Shown piece after piece: positions 1-13,454 of a stretch of DNA of 64,000 bases. A program made the translations under genes and the position numbers. Position 1 is the first letter of the stretch, and each line of letters begins with the position of its first letter. Source of the stretch: Eledone cirrhosa (taxonomy: Eukaryota); the NCBI GenBank assembly GCA_964016885.1, contig CAXHJY010000648.1, positions 1 to 64,000 of the forward strand. Reading direction: 5' to 3'. The notes below the pieces were generated by a model, which saw only the letters and a list, made by a program, of their open reading frames with translations, made no database searches and was not told the origin of the DNA.

Positions 1-468
1 AGAGGCTAAGAATAGAATTTTCATGTATAAATAAAAAGAAGGAACGTTTGGAAAGTAATATAGTCCAAGCAAATATTGAATTTATATGTCAAATATTGTA
101 AACTGTTCTGCTACTAATTGTTCTATGAGAAGAGATGACAAGTGAGTCAATTCACAATCTCTACATCCATTGGCGTGTTTTAGTAGTTCATCCCATTTCA
201 AAACTTGAGTTGAGCATATCTTCAAATGAATAATTAAATATCTTCGCATCTCCTGTTACAATTGTCTGCCAATAAACGAAATTAATCTATATTATACTAA
301 TTATACAGCATGTTTCGTCTTCGTAAGTCTGTCACACATATTTTACAGTCTGTCAAAAGTGAGACTTCAATTGTTTGTTGAGAATTCACAAAACGCAAAG
401 AAAAGACAAAAGGAGGAGAGGGGATGGCAATTTTTGCAAATGGTTTAATTCATCCCAGTATTATATAT

Positions 469-772
469 GGCGAAGGAGCGTGGTTTTGTGGTTAGTGAGT
501 TGGATTCACACTCGTGTGGTTGTGAGTACAATTCCTGGAATGGGTGATGCATTATGTACTTTGAGCTACACACTTTATTTCACGTTGCTTCAGTTATTTT
601 GGCTGTAGTATATGGTTGCGACGTCGCTGAAGCTAAACTGTATCATTCTACGCCTTTCGGTTCGAAGGCATAGGTAACGTGTAGAAGAGAGACTTATGTG
701 CATGGATGACTGCTGGTCTTCCTCATAAACAGCTTGTGCTTTGGAGAGGAAGTTTCTAGGTGCAAAACCCAT
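469..772 (+). mobile_element. tRNA-derived SINE with CORE-like central domain (octopus OR-type)
   Basis: tRNA-like head (ggcgaaggagcgtggttttgtggttag...) followed by 'cttgagctacacactttatttcacgttgct', shared with copies at ~10.8, ~15.0 and ~31.7 kb. Confidence 0.65.
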
Positions 773-802
773 ATAAAATCTGTGTGCACATCAATGTAAG
801 CA

Positions 803-842
803 TCTCTTTGGATTTTAGTATTCAAATTTATTATTATTACTA
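803..842 (+). mobile_element. Short 3'-tail fragment of the Penelope-like element found at 54.7-57.2 kb
   Basis: 'tttggattttagtattcaaatttattattattac(ta)n' is nearly identical to 57142-57176 and is also followed by (TA)n. Confidence 0.65.
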
Positions 843-1689
843 TATATATATATATAAAATCCAAGAACGTAGTTTCAGATACTGTTGAAGAAACTTATCA
901 TTCCGTCTGTTGAAAGACGAGTTGTGTTATGATAGATAAGTATATGCCTGAAAATACTATAAAGTTTTTTTCATCTTGTCAAAAAAAAAGAAAAAAGAAA
1001 AATGGTATATGTTCTTCCTAAGGATGGCAATGTAACAACTGTGGATAAATAAAGTTGACGTAAGGAGATTGGTAGTAATACAGATATTGACATCCCGAAT
1101 TCTGTTTTCTTTCCATCACATATATCTCGCAAACATCTACCGACACACCCTGCCTTTCATTTGCGCTTGTTATCATAAAAAGATATATAATAAACAAAAT
1201 ATTATTATAGAAAGCATGAAAGAATGTATTGTTTATTGATAATTTTCTTGTGAATTCCCGTTGCTGCCTGTTCTCAATAAATTAGCTGAGAGCGTTGACA
1301 CCTTTCTCTTGCAATGTTATCTTCTTATTCTAGCTCACAAAAGCAGTTTTTTGATTCCTTATCTCATATGACAAACTGAAAATTGGGAAAGGATTAATAG
1401 CACGCAAGAAAAACCCAATGAAATATGCACCGTTCTTTGTTTTTCTTTCAGCTAAACCCTTCAAATACAAATAATTTATTTGTAACATTCTGATATAACC
1501 AGCAATTATCTGTTCAGTTTGATTAAACTCCACATTGTACGCACACGCAAGAACCGTTTTGTATATTTTCCTTCTTCGGTCATATACTTTAAAACAGTTA
1601 TACACTTTTAAACATAGTTAACCGGGACAAGATAAAAAGTTTCCTTTTCCACACTTCCCTTACCAATTTATATAGCATAATGATTTATA

Positions 1690-1890
1690 CTATAGGCTTA
1701 AGGCCAGCAATTTGGGGGAGGAGAAAGTCGAATAAATCGACCCCAATGCATTATTGGTGCTTTATTTTATCGAATCCTTGAAGGATGAAAGGCAAAGCTA
1801 ACCTCGGCGGAATTTGAACTCAGACCGTAAAGGACACTAACGCTATCCTGCAAAGCATAGTGTCTGACGCTCTACCGATAATGTTCACCA
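1690..1890 (-). mobile_element. tRNA-SINE with Meta-domain-like core (long subfamily)
   Basis: Reverse complement contains gagttcaaattccgccgaggttagctttgcctttcatccttc...gataaaataaagcacc, as in the many other copies in the window. Confidence 0.8.
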
Positions 1891-1909
1891 CATCTTCCTA
1901 ATCTGTGCT

Positions 1910-2500
1910 ATGGATCCCGCTGCGCCATATTTGATACTTCGACTTCTGGATGTCGTGCTTGATGTCCTGATAGATGGAGGTGATATTCTCTTCAACTACT
2001 TTTGGAAGGTTTCCATACTCGTATTTTTTCACCGAGCTCTCCAATCAAAGAAGGCGAGCGGGTCTTGGTGAGTTCTCGTGTCAGTGCACCATAGAATTTG
2101 CTCTCATTTCACTTGTTCATTCTATGCAAATAAATGTTCAGATATTTGGATGCATGCATGAGGCTTTCTATCCCTAAACCAAATTGAACGTGATGCTAAG
2201 TGCCGTTAATAACCATTCAGATTACCCTATAACGATTGTCTCATTTCAAGTGGAAAACATTGAAGTGCTTTAATGGAAACGTATCAATCAGATATTTGCT
2301 CTCTTAGGTTGCTCACTAGAGGATTGTAATTTTTTGTGAAATCATTGTCGATTCCAGTACTTCAACACCATTCAACCCGAGAGAAGTGTCTGGCTAACTT
2401 GGATGCCTACAGACTCCAGCTGTCATTTATATCCATCACTCATATCATCATTTGATGTAAGATCGCTTCATAGCAACTCACACAGCAGACGGAGATCTAT
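1910..2500 (-). pseudogene. Degraded non-LTR retrotransposon reverse transcriptase fragment
   Basis: Manual minus-strand translation with frameshifts gives RT-like pieces 'QFGFR', 'LAFFDW' and 'YGNLPKVVEENITSIYQ', in the order expected for LINE RT domains 2-4. Confidence 0.45.
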
Positions 2501-2888
2501 ATAACCTATAATCTCTCGAATATTAGTGAATACAGTAATTCGATAAAGACTTACACACTTTCTGTAGATCAATAACTTGACTGTTGCTACGTATAATCGC
2601 ACTGACGCCTATATGGATGCCACAGCTACTTATTTATCCTTAACCTTCCGCATAGAAGTGTCATTAACACGCAACACTCATATTTTACGCATGAAATACG
2701 TTGTTTCCATGAACAAAGAATTTGAGGACATTCTTAAACGATATTTAACTATATTGTCGTCTATAATAACATTAGTATAACATCAATAATAATAGCAAAA
2801 GTGTTTCATTACCGCATCATTATATATGAAGCAGAAATGGAAATAAATGCCGCTAAAAGAGGTATACCTTATAACCTAAAAATCTCCA

Positions 2889-2990
<102 letters not shown>

Positions 2991-3272
2991 ACATATATAT
3001 GTAACATATATATAAATGTGTGGGTGAGTGTATAAGAGAGCTACTTTATCAAAATACAGTATTTTCTAATAATGGGTCTACTCGTAGAAAATAATTTCAT
3101 GGGTTTGTCAGACCCCATTTTGGATATCTGATTTTAGTTTGATTTGAACCTGTTAAATCAGAGTGTCGATATTATATATATATATATATATTCGTTATTC
3201 TAATAGGATGTATTTATGTTTGTGTGCGTGTGCGTATATGCAGGTATGTACATGTAGATAACTATATATATA

Positions 3273-3383
3273 TAGGAACGAGTAGGACCCCTACTCGTTC
3301 CTATTACCCACTCTACTACCCTAAGTATTGAGTACTTTCGTGCGTTATAGTCCACCTGGTTCCTTACCACATTTCCTTCGTTA
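3273..3383 (+). mobile_element. Mini PLE-type insertion, family A (14-bp inverted arm + 80-nt tail) in (TA)n
   Basis: taggaacgagtagg (3273-3286) pairs with cctactcgttccta (3290-3303). The tail ends ...cttcgtta(TA)n. Four more copies in the window. Confidence 0.75.
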
Positions 3384-3692
3384 TATATATATATATATAT
3401 ACACACATACGTGTGTGTTCATGAAATTTCAATTGCATTATTTATTGAAGCCCTTGTCAGGAGTTTACTGCGGAATATATTCAACGCTTGAGGAACTGAA
3501 GTCTAAGTGCATGTTCTATCTCTCTCCCTCTCTCTCTCAGTCCCTCCCTCTCCTTCTCTCTGTCCCTTCCTCTCTCTCCCCTTCTCTCTGTCCCTTCCTC
3601 TCTCTCTCCTCTCTCTCTCTCTCATATATATATATGTATGTGTGTTTGTGCGTAAGTATATGCAATTATATATACATAGAGAAGCATGTATG

Positions 3693-3742
<50 letters not shown>

Positions 3743-4353
3743 AATTATACACAAATATAGGCTGTCAGTTTTATTAGGGCAGGAATTTATTATCTTTAGG
3801 GATTCTGATACGTTAGATATATTTCATTGACACCAACTAGCCGGTGTGTATACACACACACGCACACGCACACGCACACGCACGCACACGCACACATACG
3901 CGCGCGCGCCTACACGCAAAGATGCATACATAGATACATACATAGATACATGTGTGTGTGTATGTATGCGTATGATGAGTGAGAGCTAGATGAAGAAAAG
4001 AACGAAGGAATATTGAGGCAGGATATAAAATTTGATGAGTATTAGCTTTGACCCTCAAGGCCTCAATTATTCATAAATTTCTGTTCAGACATTCCAATAC
4101 CCCATATCCGTTTACTGTCTATATTCCACTCCCAGGCTCTCAAATACTCACATGCACACGTACACAGAAATATACACACACAAACATATATATATATATA
4201 TATATATGTGAACGTGTATGTGCGTTTGCATCTAAACACATACACACGCCTGCATATATAGAAGTATGAATATAAACATATACAATTTCAGATTTGTACT
4301 TGTGTATGTATGTATGTATATGTGCATATATACATATGTATGTGTGTTTATCT

Positions 4354-4387
<34 letters not shown>

Positions 4388-4491
4388 GTATGTATATATA
4401 GGTATATGTATATATTTATATATGTGTGTGTGTGTGTTTATATATGAATACACACACACAAACACACATATATATATATATATTATATATT

Positions 4492-4565
4492 GTTTCTATG
4501 CGCAGCATAACAAGGTCCCATATATATATATATATATGGGACCTTGTTATGCTGTGCATAGAAAC
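4492..4565. repeat. 29-bp inverted repeat centred on a (TA)n tract
   Basis: gtttctatgcgcagcataacaaggtccca - (TA)8 - tgggaccttgttatgctgtgcatagaaac, one mismatch. Confidence 0.85.
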
Positions 4566-5365
4566 CATACAGCGTGAAATATTAACATCGACATGTCGCA
4601 TGTTTCTTTTCATGTAGAGGTAATATTTTTATCTGATGAGATATCACATTTGAAACATTATTGCATTTGTCATGCTACGTCAATGATCTGTAACATGAGT
4701 GGCCGACTGGATCTCTTCCAGTGGATACCAACCAGAAAATAAATGTACATGATGGACGCTGAACAACCACAGTCATCCAGAACAAGGGCAAAAAACAACA
4801 ATAACTATACCAACAAAAAACAAAAAACTTAATCGTGCTCGTTTTTATTGACAGCCATTATTGGTTATAGATTTCCTGCCAGCAGAATGTAGGGTAGGAG
4901 GAACAGAAATCTGAGAGTGGAAAAGGAACCAGAGCGAGATAGAATGAAAGCAACACATGTCGACAGAGGAAGAGATTTAAGAGATGGAGATGGGGAAGGA
5001 CGTAATGATGAGGATATAGTTAAGGTATGGAAGAATGCCACAGAATAATGTAAGATGGTTTTATAGACTGGTTCTGGTTCAAAGAATGGCAGTCACGGTT
5101 AGCTGAAGAGTGCAAAAAAGTGAGTGAGAGAAGAAGTCAGAGAAATAGCAGAGAAAAAGGATAATACAGATTTCGTGGATAAAATGGTGTAGGGAAAAAG
5201 AATGAGGACCGAAAAAATGCTTGTGGCTTTTTAGTTTAATATAGATTTGTTGATGGATTTACAGAATGCCCATGAGTTATATATGAGTGCTTTGCTACTC
5301 ATTATTTCATATAGTAGGCCGATTCTGCTTGCAAAGCGCCAGAGATTCGATTTTACTAAGTATCC

Positions 5366-5404
<39 letters not shown>

Positions 5405-5704
5405 GCATTTATTTATTTATGTATGTATGTGCGTGCGTGTGATATCTACTCACCTGAAGGAAAGCTGTCCAAAGTTTACGATTATACAATTTTATGTCTA
5501 CTAAAGGGCCATGCATCACTATATTATAATGATTCTGTACAAACGTTTAATACCAAACGCATGTTTAGCTAGAAAAAACAGTCGAGGAATTGGTGCATCG
5601 ACACGCCCAGAAACGAAACATTTGGACAGAGTTGTCACAATTAGATTTTTTGCTGCATCCTTATTTATTTTGTGCATTAGCTGTATATATATATATCTAT
5701 CTAT

Positions 5705-5895
5705 CTAAGGCGGGTAAAATTCCCGAGTTCCATGGACAAGTTCTCTCCAGCGGTCTCTGTCCCTCATCATCGCTGCCATGTCCTGCGTCTCCTCTCCGAC
5801 AGACCAGTGTCTGTCCTTAGGGCATCAACATACGTTAACCTTGGTCTTCCTCTTCTAGTGTGTCCATGTAGGGGCTCCCACAGGAGCACTGAATG
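5705..5895 (-). mobile_element. RTE-clade LINE 3' end fragment
   Basis: Minus-strand translation 'VLLWEPLHGHTRRGRPRLTYVDALRTDTGL...MMRDRDRWRELV' matches the RTE C-terminal GRP...DR..W signature. Confidence 0.7.
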
Positions 5896-5902
5896 CAATG
5901 TC

Positions 5903-5954
<52 letters not shown>

Positions 5955-6258
5955 ATCTCTCTCTCTCTCACTACTTTTAAAATATATATGTATATATATT
6001 TGTAATTATATGAATGGACCTGTTATTTTTATCTAAAGACATTTTTTTCCAATTCCATCTCGCCGCTCCCCTCAATCTATTTCTCATTCTTTCTTCTGAT
6101 GAAGACCCTCTTCCTGCTATATCAAGCGTTAACCTAATATATCCCTTCCATACACTTTACCGATTGTGTTGTTATTTCTGTTTACCTTTTACATACATAC
6201 ATACATACATATATTTATATATATATATATATGGACTAAATTGTACAATATATATATG

Positions 6259-6453
6259 TAGGAACCCGACGGCTGAGCTCAAGCCGTTTCGACGGCTAAT
6301 TCTGGACTAAAAAAGTCCAGAATTAGCCGTCAAAACAGCTTGAGCTCAGCCGTCGGGGTCCTACTCGTTTCTATTACCCACTCTACTACCCTAAGTATTG
6401 AGTACTTTGGTGCGTTATGGTCCATCTGGTCCCTTACCACATTGCCTTCGTTA
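6259..6453 (+). mobile_element. Mini PLE-type insertion, family A (~50-bp inverted arm, partial hammerhead, tail)
   Basis: Arms 6259-6308 and 6315-6373. Contains the GAAAcggct-tgagctc-agccGTC hammerhead stem III/GUC half. Same 80-nt tail as 3304-3383. Confidence 0.8.
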
Positions 6454-6468
6454 TATATATATATATAT

Positions 6469-6560
6469 ATTTTGTACAAGTTAGTCCAGAAATAGCCGTC
6501 GAAACGGCTTGAGCTCTGCCGTCTTGGTTAAACATTTTCATATTTGAACATATGCATATT
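6469..6560 (+). mobile_element. Family A-related fragment with a different 3' end
   Basis: ttagtccagaaatagccgtcgaaacggcttgagctctgccgtc matches the family A arm, then diverges (ttggttaaacattttc...). Confidence 0.6.
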
Positions 6561-6609
6561 TGTATGTATATATGTATATGTGTGTGTGTGTATGTATATA
6601 TATATATAT

Positions 6610-7216
6610 GTCAGGTCACCAGTTGGTGCTACTGGTAACATGTATCCCAGTACAACCTGTCTCATGGTCGGGTCGTTGGCGACTAAACTGGCAACCCCAC
6701 CAAGGTTTCTTTGTGAGCAGGGTGACTTTGGACATCCTGCAGGACTAAAATCAAAACCTGTCAAAGGGCAAACGAGCTCTTAAGAGTCAATGGCCATCCA
6801 AAATCACCGGGAGAGATGACCCCTTAGCTTTTGTCAAGGCAGGATTCTAGGAGAAGGAAAACTCTGATATAATACCTGCAACCCTGATGGTATCCAATGG
6901 TGTTGACTTGTTCTTCTTTTTGGTAAATATCATCTTGGTTAAGAGAGTGGGACTGGCTTTGTGCAGTGCCTTTGCTCACTATAAAAGCTTCACGGCACAG
7001 GCATTGCTTTATATCTGGATATCTCTCTGCACTTGTCGTCATATGGTACCATGGGCCCAGCACTGTGTCAATGATTGTCACAGGTGTAGTGTTTGTACCA
7101 GAGTTTTCAAGTCGCTGGCTGGACTAAAAAGTCACACTCATTCAGCGCATCGGTAGGGGTTCTCCTACATGGATATAAAGTAGTGGCCGTACTCGAAAAC
7201 GAGTTGGCAGCCACCA
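6610..7216 (+). mobile_element. Internally deleted (bipartite) non-autonomous RTE element
   Basis: RTE 5'UTR-like 'ctaggagaaggaaaactctga...' joined to a C-terminal C2H2 knuckle ([22 protein letters not shown]) and a 3' stem-loop (actcgaaaacgagt). No RT in between. Flanked by TA/TG repeats. Confidence 0.6.
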
Positions 7217-7242
7217 TATGTATAAATGTATGTGTGTGTGTG

Positions 7243-7277
<35 letters not shown>

Positions 7278-8202
7278 GTAAATATATATATGTATATGAA
7301 TATATATACGTATGTGTATAAATATATATACGTATATATATAAATATATATATATATGTGTGTGTGTGTACGTGTGTGTGTGTGTGTGTGTCTTTGTGCC
7401 TATGTAATATATTTATTGCACATATGTTCCAAGTATAATTCTATTGAGAATCCATATATGAGTGTTGTTAACACTTTATCCTCGGATCAGCTTTTGAAAT
7501 AAATTCCCTCTAACAATGTAGGGTGTGATGTGACATAATATATTCACCCTGGATTATGCAAACTGAATCATCCGTTGTCAAAGCTATAATTCATGCAACA
7601 CCGTTTGGAATTATATTCTTACATCACCACCACGTTTCGTATAATAATATTTTTATTATGTCTAATCATGTCTTAATGAATAAGCCTCGCATCCATTGAT
7701 ATATTAGAATAGGATGTTGTATAACTGTGTGCTCGTGTGCACGTGCGTATCAACGTGTATATGCGCATGTGTCTGTGTGCAAGGGCGTGTGAAAGTGTTT
7801 ATGTACGGGTGTATAAGTGTGTCAGTGAATGTGTTTGTGTGTGATAGATATCTTTCCAGCAGGGTTCTGTTAAATTCTATGAGAGTTTGTGAACTGTGAA
7901 ATATCTTATTACAGAACAATAAGCAGCTGATGAAACCCAATGTAGCCTTCTAACATTGCAATATTGAACGAATAACGATAGGATTTCACTGGATGATTGA
8001 CTCAGCATACTGTGTCAATAGGCTGGATGATATCTACTTGAATAATAGCAATTTAACGACTAAATCTTCGAGGTAGATAGAACTCTCACATATACCAGGC
8101 AACTTGAAAAACTTAGCTATTGCATTTCAGACAACTTCAAAAACTTCCGTTCACATACAAGACAATTTGAAACACTTATTTACTGCATAACTGGCAGCTC
8201 TG

Positions 8203-8780
8203 GAGCTATTCGAACTCGCGAGGCTCACACCTGCGGCTGGCCAGCTCAAAAGTACATTTACGTTCCGGTGTCGAACAGCTACAATTATGAAATGGAGAAA
8301 CAGCGAAATTTAACGAGGGGGTTTTTCTGCTGTGCATCTCCAAAATTTGTTGGCAACATAGTCATGTTTGTAAGGGTGCTAGTCCTGATCAACTAATAAC
8401 TGCTGTGTAATACATAAGGATCTCGAGTAGCCTGCAATATATCACATAACTGTTTTTAGTTACTTGCTACGCAAAGACAACTATCTACTACCATGCTGGA
8501 AATAGTTGTTTTGTGTGGCCACACAAAACAACTATTTCCAGCACATTATTTCATAGTTACGTCCCTTTACGATCTGAGTTCAAATCCCGCCGAGGTTGAC
8601 TTTGCCTTTCATCCTTACGGGGTCGATAAAATAAAGTACCAGCAATGCAGTGGGTAATTGCTGGCCTTATGCCTAAAGTAGAAACAATTATTTCATAATT
8701 GTAGCTATTCGACACCGGAACGCAAATGTACTTTTGAGCTGGCCAGCCGCAGGTATGAGCCACGCGAGTTCGAATAGCTC
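8203..8780. mobile_element. MITE-like element with ~90-bp terminal inverted repeats, internal palindrome and nested SINE
   Basis: 8203-8292 (gagctattcgaactcgcg...acaattatgaaa) is the inverse of 8691-8780 with several mismatches. Perfect 50-bp palindrome at 8494-8543. Confidence 0.7.
8556..8690 (+). mobile_element. 5'-truncated Meta-core-like SINE (short subfamily) with 11-bp TSD
   Basis: Matches the SINE consensus. attatttcata at 8545-8555 and 8687-8697. Confidence 0.85.
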
Positions 8781-9547
8781 TTCCAGCGCATCTCCCTTAC
8801 CATCCTCCGGAGAAAGGCCTTCTCCATTCTGTCCGCCGGGGCTGTAGGGAGGCCAGCACGTGGGATCCCATTTGCTGACCATACGGATTAAGACATATAA
8901 CCTCTCTTGTTCTTTTATTTATTCTTTTACGTTCTCATTTTCCGGATATATATATAACACAATTATAATCATGTTTGTGGCAACTTTGACAGATAATATA
9001 AAAACACACACATACGTAAACTCTAAATACAAATCAAAACTTAAACTCATTGTACATTCGCTAACAAACAACATTTAACTACATACATAGTCTTACCACT
9101 AGCTGAGTCCATTGTCCTAAAAAAAACGTAACCCACACATAACAACGCGTGGAAGTATATTCAACATGGCATGCAGCAACGGGTAAGAAATTATCTAGTA
9201 CCAGTACAAATAAAATGAAACTTTGAAAGCCTTGTCATATTGAAAGAGGTTACTAAAAATATCTAATCAGATAATTATCACTGTTTCTGAAAATACAGCG
9301 ATATTATATATATATATATATTTCTGAAGACAGCATATATATGTGAAGATATGTATATTTCCTCTGATAGTTTGTAATATGTTTACATAGATCTATATGA
9401 TATACATACCAACACACATATATATCCTAGAAACGATTGTAAAATGATGTATTTTTTAATATAAGGAACTTGTTCTTTGTTTTTATTCATTGTTTTTATT
9501 AATTTATCTTAACTCTGTTTTCCTGTGATTTTCATCGAAGATTTATC

Positions 9548-9588
<41 letters not shown>

Positions 9589-9692
9589 TGTCTTTATAAC
9601 GTTGAAAAATCCGAGACCCCCAGAAGACAACTGATGAGGAGCCCCCGTTCTTGCTTTCTTGCTTTTTTTCTTATTATCATTCCATTTTTAAG

Positions 9693-9726
<34 letters not shown>

Positions 9727-9727
<1 letters not shown>

Positions 9728-9780
9728 ATGTATATCAGCCGTACTAAGAGTGAGAAATGAAATTTCATTTTTTCCATTTA
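9727..9780 (+). mobile_element. Tail fragment of the 20.5/28 kb PLE/retrozyme-like family
   Basis: tatcagccgtactaagagtgagaaatgaaatttcatttttt ccattta matches 20613-20661 and 28450-28500. Flanked by (TA)n. Confidence 0.7.
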
Positions 9781-9787
9781 TATATAA

Positions 9788-9818
<31 letters not shown>

Positions 9819-9874
9819 GGCTCTGATACCATCAACACCATACACACAGAGCTGGCATATCTAAGAACTGACTA

Positions 9875-9932
9875 ACTGGCTGATGAGATCATAGCCATTC
9901 AATGGCTATCATCGAAATATATATATACCAGT
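9875..9932 (+). ncRNA. Type I hammerhead ribozyme motif in a (TA)n-flanked insertion (9818-9975)
   Basis: Stem I actgg/ccagt; core CTGATGA; stem II gat-catagcca..tggctatc-atc; GAAA; palindromic (TA)n stem III; AUA cleavage triplet; AATAAA immediately downstream. Confidence 0.8.
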
Positions 9933-9971
9933 AAATAAAGGATTGAGTTCATGCAATTGACTTATGTTTTG

Positions 9972-10010
<39 letters not shown>

Positions 10011-10295
10011 TGACATACAAAGACAAGTATTATTTTTACGGTTGATTTGACACTATGAATTGCTACTGCTAATTGGTACTTTATCTGCAGAATTTGTGTG
10101 TGTTTTGACAGTTCTGACGATTAAGTCTAGAATCTGTCTATAACCATTGACTGTTTCCTTAGATGTTAAGTTTGAGTTCGACATTCCCTATGCAGTACGC
10201 CTGTTGTAATCTCAAACCACACAAACTAGTTTGAAAGAATAATGCCACAAATCACATCACTTGCCACTAGTAATATATTATATCAATTTACATTT

Positions 10296-10312
10296 TAGTA
10301 GTAGTAGTAGTG

Positions 10313-10368
<56 letters not shown>
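10296..10368. repeat. (TAG)n microsatellite
   Basis: Direct inspection. Confidence 0.95.
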
Positions 10369-10779
10369 CGTGCTGCTACTACTCCTACTACTTAGGGGTT
10401 ATAGTTTTATCAAACCTTTAACTGAATGGATAGGAGTGTAAGATTGAATACAGACCAAAAACAGCGGGAGAGACTGAATATACTTATCAAATAAAATACT
10501 AAAAGTTCAAAGTTGAAGGTGGTGGACCACATCAATGAAAGACATTTTTACTGAAGTTACCAAAATATAAACATAATTGAGATTGCCGTCACGATTCCCT
10601 TCATGATATGACAGTAAGTTATTTCAATTCATGAAATACTTTCTTACATAAGTATCATTTACTTAAATGTTTCCCTGCCACCACATCCCCGACTGCTGAG
10701 ATTGTTGGAGATAATGTTTAACTATACACGTCGATGTTAGCTGGGGGCTGGAGCCCTGAACTGTGCAATACATCTACAG

Positions 10780-10920
10780 CATGGCTTTAGTGGTTAGAGC
10801 ATTTGGGGCTTGCAATCGAAAGATAGTGATTTCAATTCTCGAACCGGGTGATGTGTTGTTTCCTTGAGCAAGACGCTTTATTTCACATTGCTCCAGTTTA
10901 CTCAGCTGTAGAAATGAGAT
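10780..10920 (+). mobile_element. CORE-like tRNA SINE
   Basis: atggctttagtggttagagc head plus tccttgagcaagacgctttatttcacattgctccag. Confidence 0.65.
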
Positions 10921-11134
10921 AATAGGACTGGGGTCCCTATCATTAAATCACCCAAGACACTTCCAACGAGATATACCTTGGAGAAGGCCAGCTAAACCTG
11001 CATAGGTATGAGCTGTAACAACAACATTAGCTCTTTTATACATTGGCAAAGTCTTTTCTTTTGCCTGCGACGTCCAGCTATATTGATTTTCTGTCTAGTC
11101 CTTCATATTATAGGCAGAACACCTGGACATTTAG

Positions 11135-11295
11135 ATAAAGGGCAAGATTGTTTCAATCAACTACAGTAGTTGACTGGTACTTTAGTTTATAATCCTCGGA
11201 TAGACGAAAATCAAAATTGACCTCGGCGTGATTTGATCTTAGAATGTGAAGAGCCAAGCTAAATACGTGATGTCAGTTTATTCGACTCATTCCCA
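11135..11295 (-). mobile_element. Degraded Meta-core-like SINE
   Basis: actggtactttagtttat...gacgaaaatcaaaattgacctcggcgtgatttga is the reverse complement of the core. Confidence 0.6.
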
Positions 11296-11787
11296 ACTCA
11301 GTCAAAAGAAAAAAAATATATATATTACTTTATCAATTAATTTTCTTTGGACATAACAACCGCACAATCACACACACACGTAGGAATTAGAACCTACTTT
11401 AACGATCACAACACATCACATCATAAACCGCTTCAATTATCAATACATCAATTAACAAGATAATACGAACCATCACATCATTATACTAAATACGACCTCT
11501 CCTTCACGTACTGCAACAAATCCACACAGTTCATAATAATATCAGTTGAGCTATTTGGAAGTTATATTTCTGTACAAAACCTAATCACCATTATAAATTT
11601 ATTGTTTTAATTGAAACGTTTTAATAGTCGATCTTCCCATAAAACATTTCATTCTGTCATTTCAATTCCCTTGATTATAAATCAAATCTGTTTAGTCCAT
11701 CAGACGATCATACGCATGAACGCCTCATGGAATATATCACCTTTCTAATCTATCTGAATATTCACATACAAAGTAGAATTTTACATC

Positions 11788-11823
<36 letters not shown>

Positions 11824-12003
11824 AGGGGTGTGTGTATATATATATGGGTGTATATATATATATATATGCTTCGTTGTATGTGAATACAAAAAAGTATACG
11901 TATGCATATATATATATATATATATATATATCCACACTGTATTAATGCTTTCAGTAATTTGCATTAATATTGTGGCTTTTCCCATTAACGAGAATATGTA
12001 ACT

Positions 12004-12066
<63 letters not shown>

Positions 12067-13286
12067 AGTGGAAGTCAAAAGGTTAAAATTAATTTCATTT
12101 ATTCATAACCAACCAACACATACTCAAATTTATATATATATACGTAATATTTATAGTCTACATATATACTTTATATATATATTATTTATATGCAATGTGT
12201 GTATATATATATGTGTTTGTGTGTATGTGTGTACCTACATAGACATGTCTGGATTATCTGCTGTTACTAAGATATATCGATCTATATTAGCAATTTTATA
12301 TTTTGAATTTATATTTTTCTCCTAACTCATTCTCTCTTCACCTCGAGCCCTTTCGGGCCGTTGCTCTACATTCTCATTCTTTTTTCCTTTCTATATTTCC
12401 TTCACCTTCATCATATGTGACTGTTGCTGTTTCCTCCTTTCAATCAGTCTCTAACTGTCATTCTGTATTACTCTTCTCTACACCGTCTATCACACATCCA
12501 TTTCTACATACCAACCAACATCTCTTATTATATTCTCTTTGGTATTCCCTGTGTTAATGGTATTCACCTCTCACAGCAAAATCATCAGCAATGTCCGATT
12601 ATAGAAAAAAAATTACGTTAAATAAAATCGAAGAAAGAAACAATACTAAATAAAACAACAAAACAGGCTCAACTACTCGGTGACTAATGACTTCGATAAA
12701 GGTCACGTGACAATATTATTTTATGGAAGGCCAACCGAACATTATCTGTCACTGCAATGACCGTGTGAGATATATTACTGAATGCAGCTTCACTTAACAG
12801 AAGTAAAAACTGGTTAATATGTAACTGTGTAAATATCTAGTGAAACAAATTTTAATCAAAATCAAGACAAATAAACAATAATTCTCTAAACGTTACACGA
12901 CGTTTCTTGCAATATTCTAAAGAATAGAATCCCTTAACATATCTGTATTTTCGTTCTAATATGTTTGTGTGAACGGTCCAATCAGGCAAACATTCCAATC
13001 CTAACCGTATGTTTAAACATTTTAACTTTCCATCTACAACTGATGGTAACCTCAGGCAGAATCAATGCCTTGTGAGTAGCATTTGGTAGATGGAAACTGT
13101 GCGCAAGTCCGCCGTATGTATGTGTGTATATTTGTATGCATGTATGAGAATATTTTTTCTGTTCAAGAACAGAAAACTACAGTCATATATATGATACTAA
13201 ATACATGAGTAGAGAAGGTACATATGTATTTCATATAGAAATTAATCCTACTGTACTGGAACTGTGAATGAATATATTTGCGTCAG

Positions 13287-13454
<168 letters not shown>

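Noticed and set aside
4633-4675. CTGATGA...GAAAC hammerhead-like motif
   Set aside because: Stems I and III are not convincingly paired; at best a decayed copy.
9631-9660. CTGATGA in a TA-flanked fragment
   Set aside because: No downstream GAAA or stem III.
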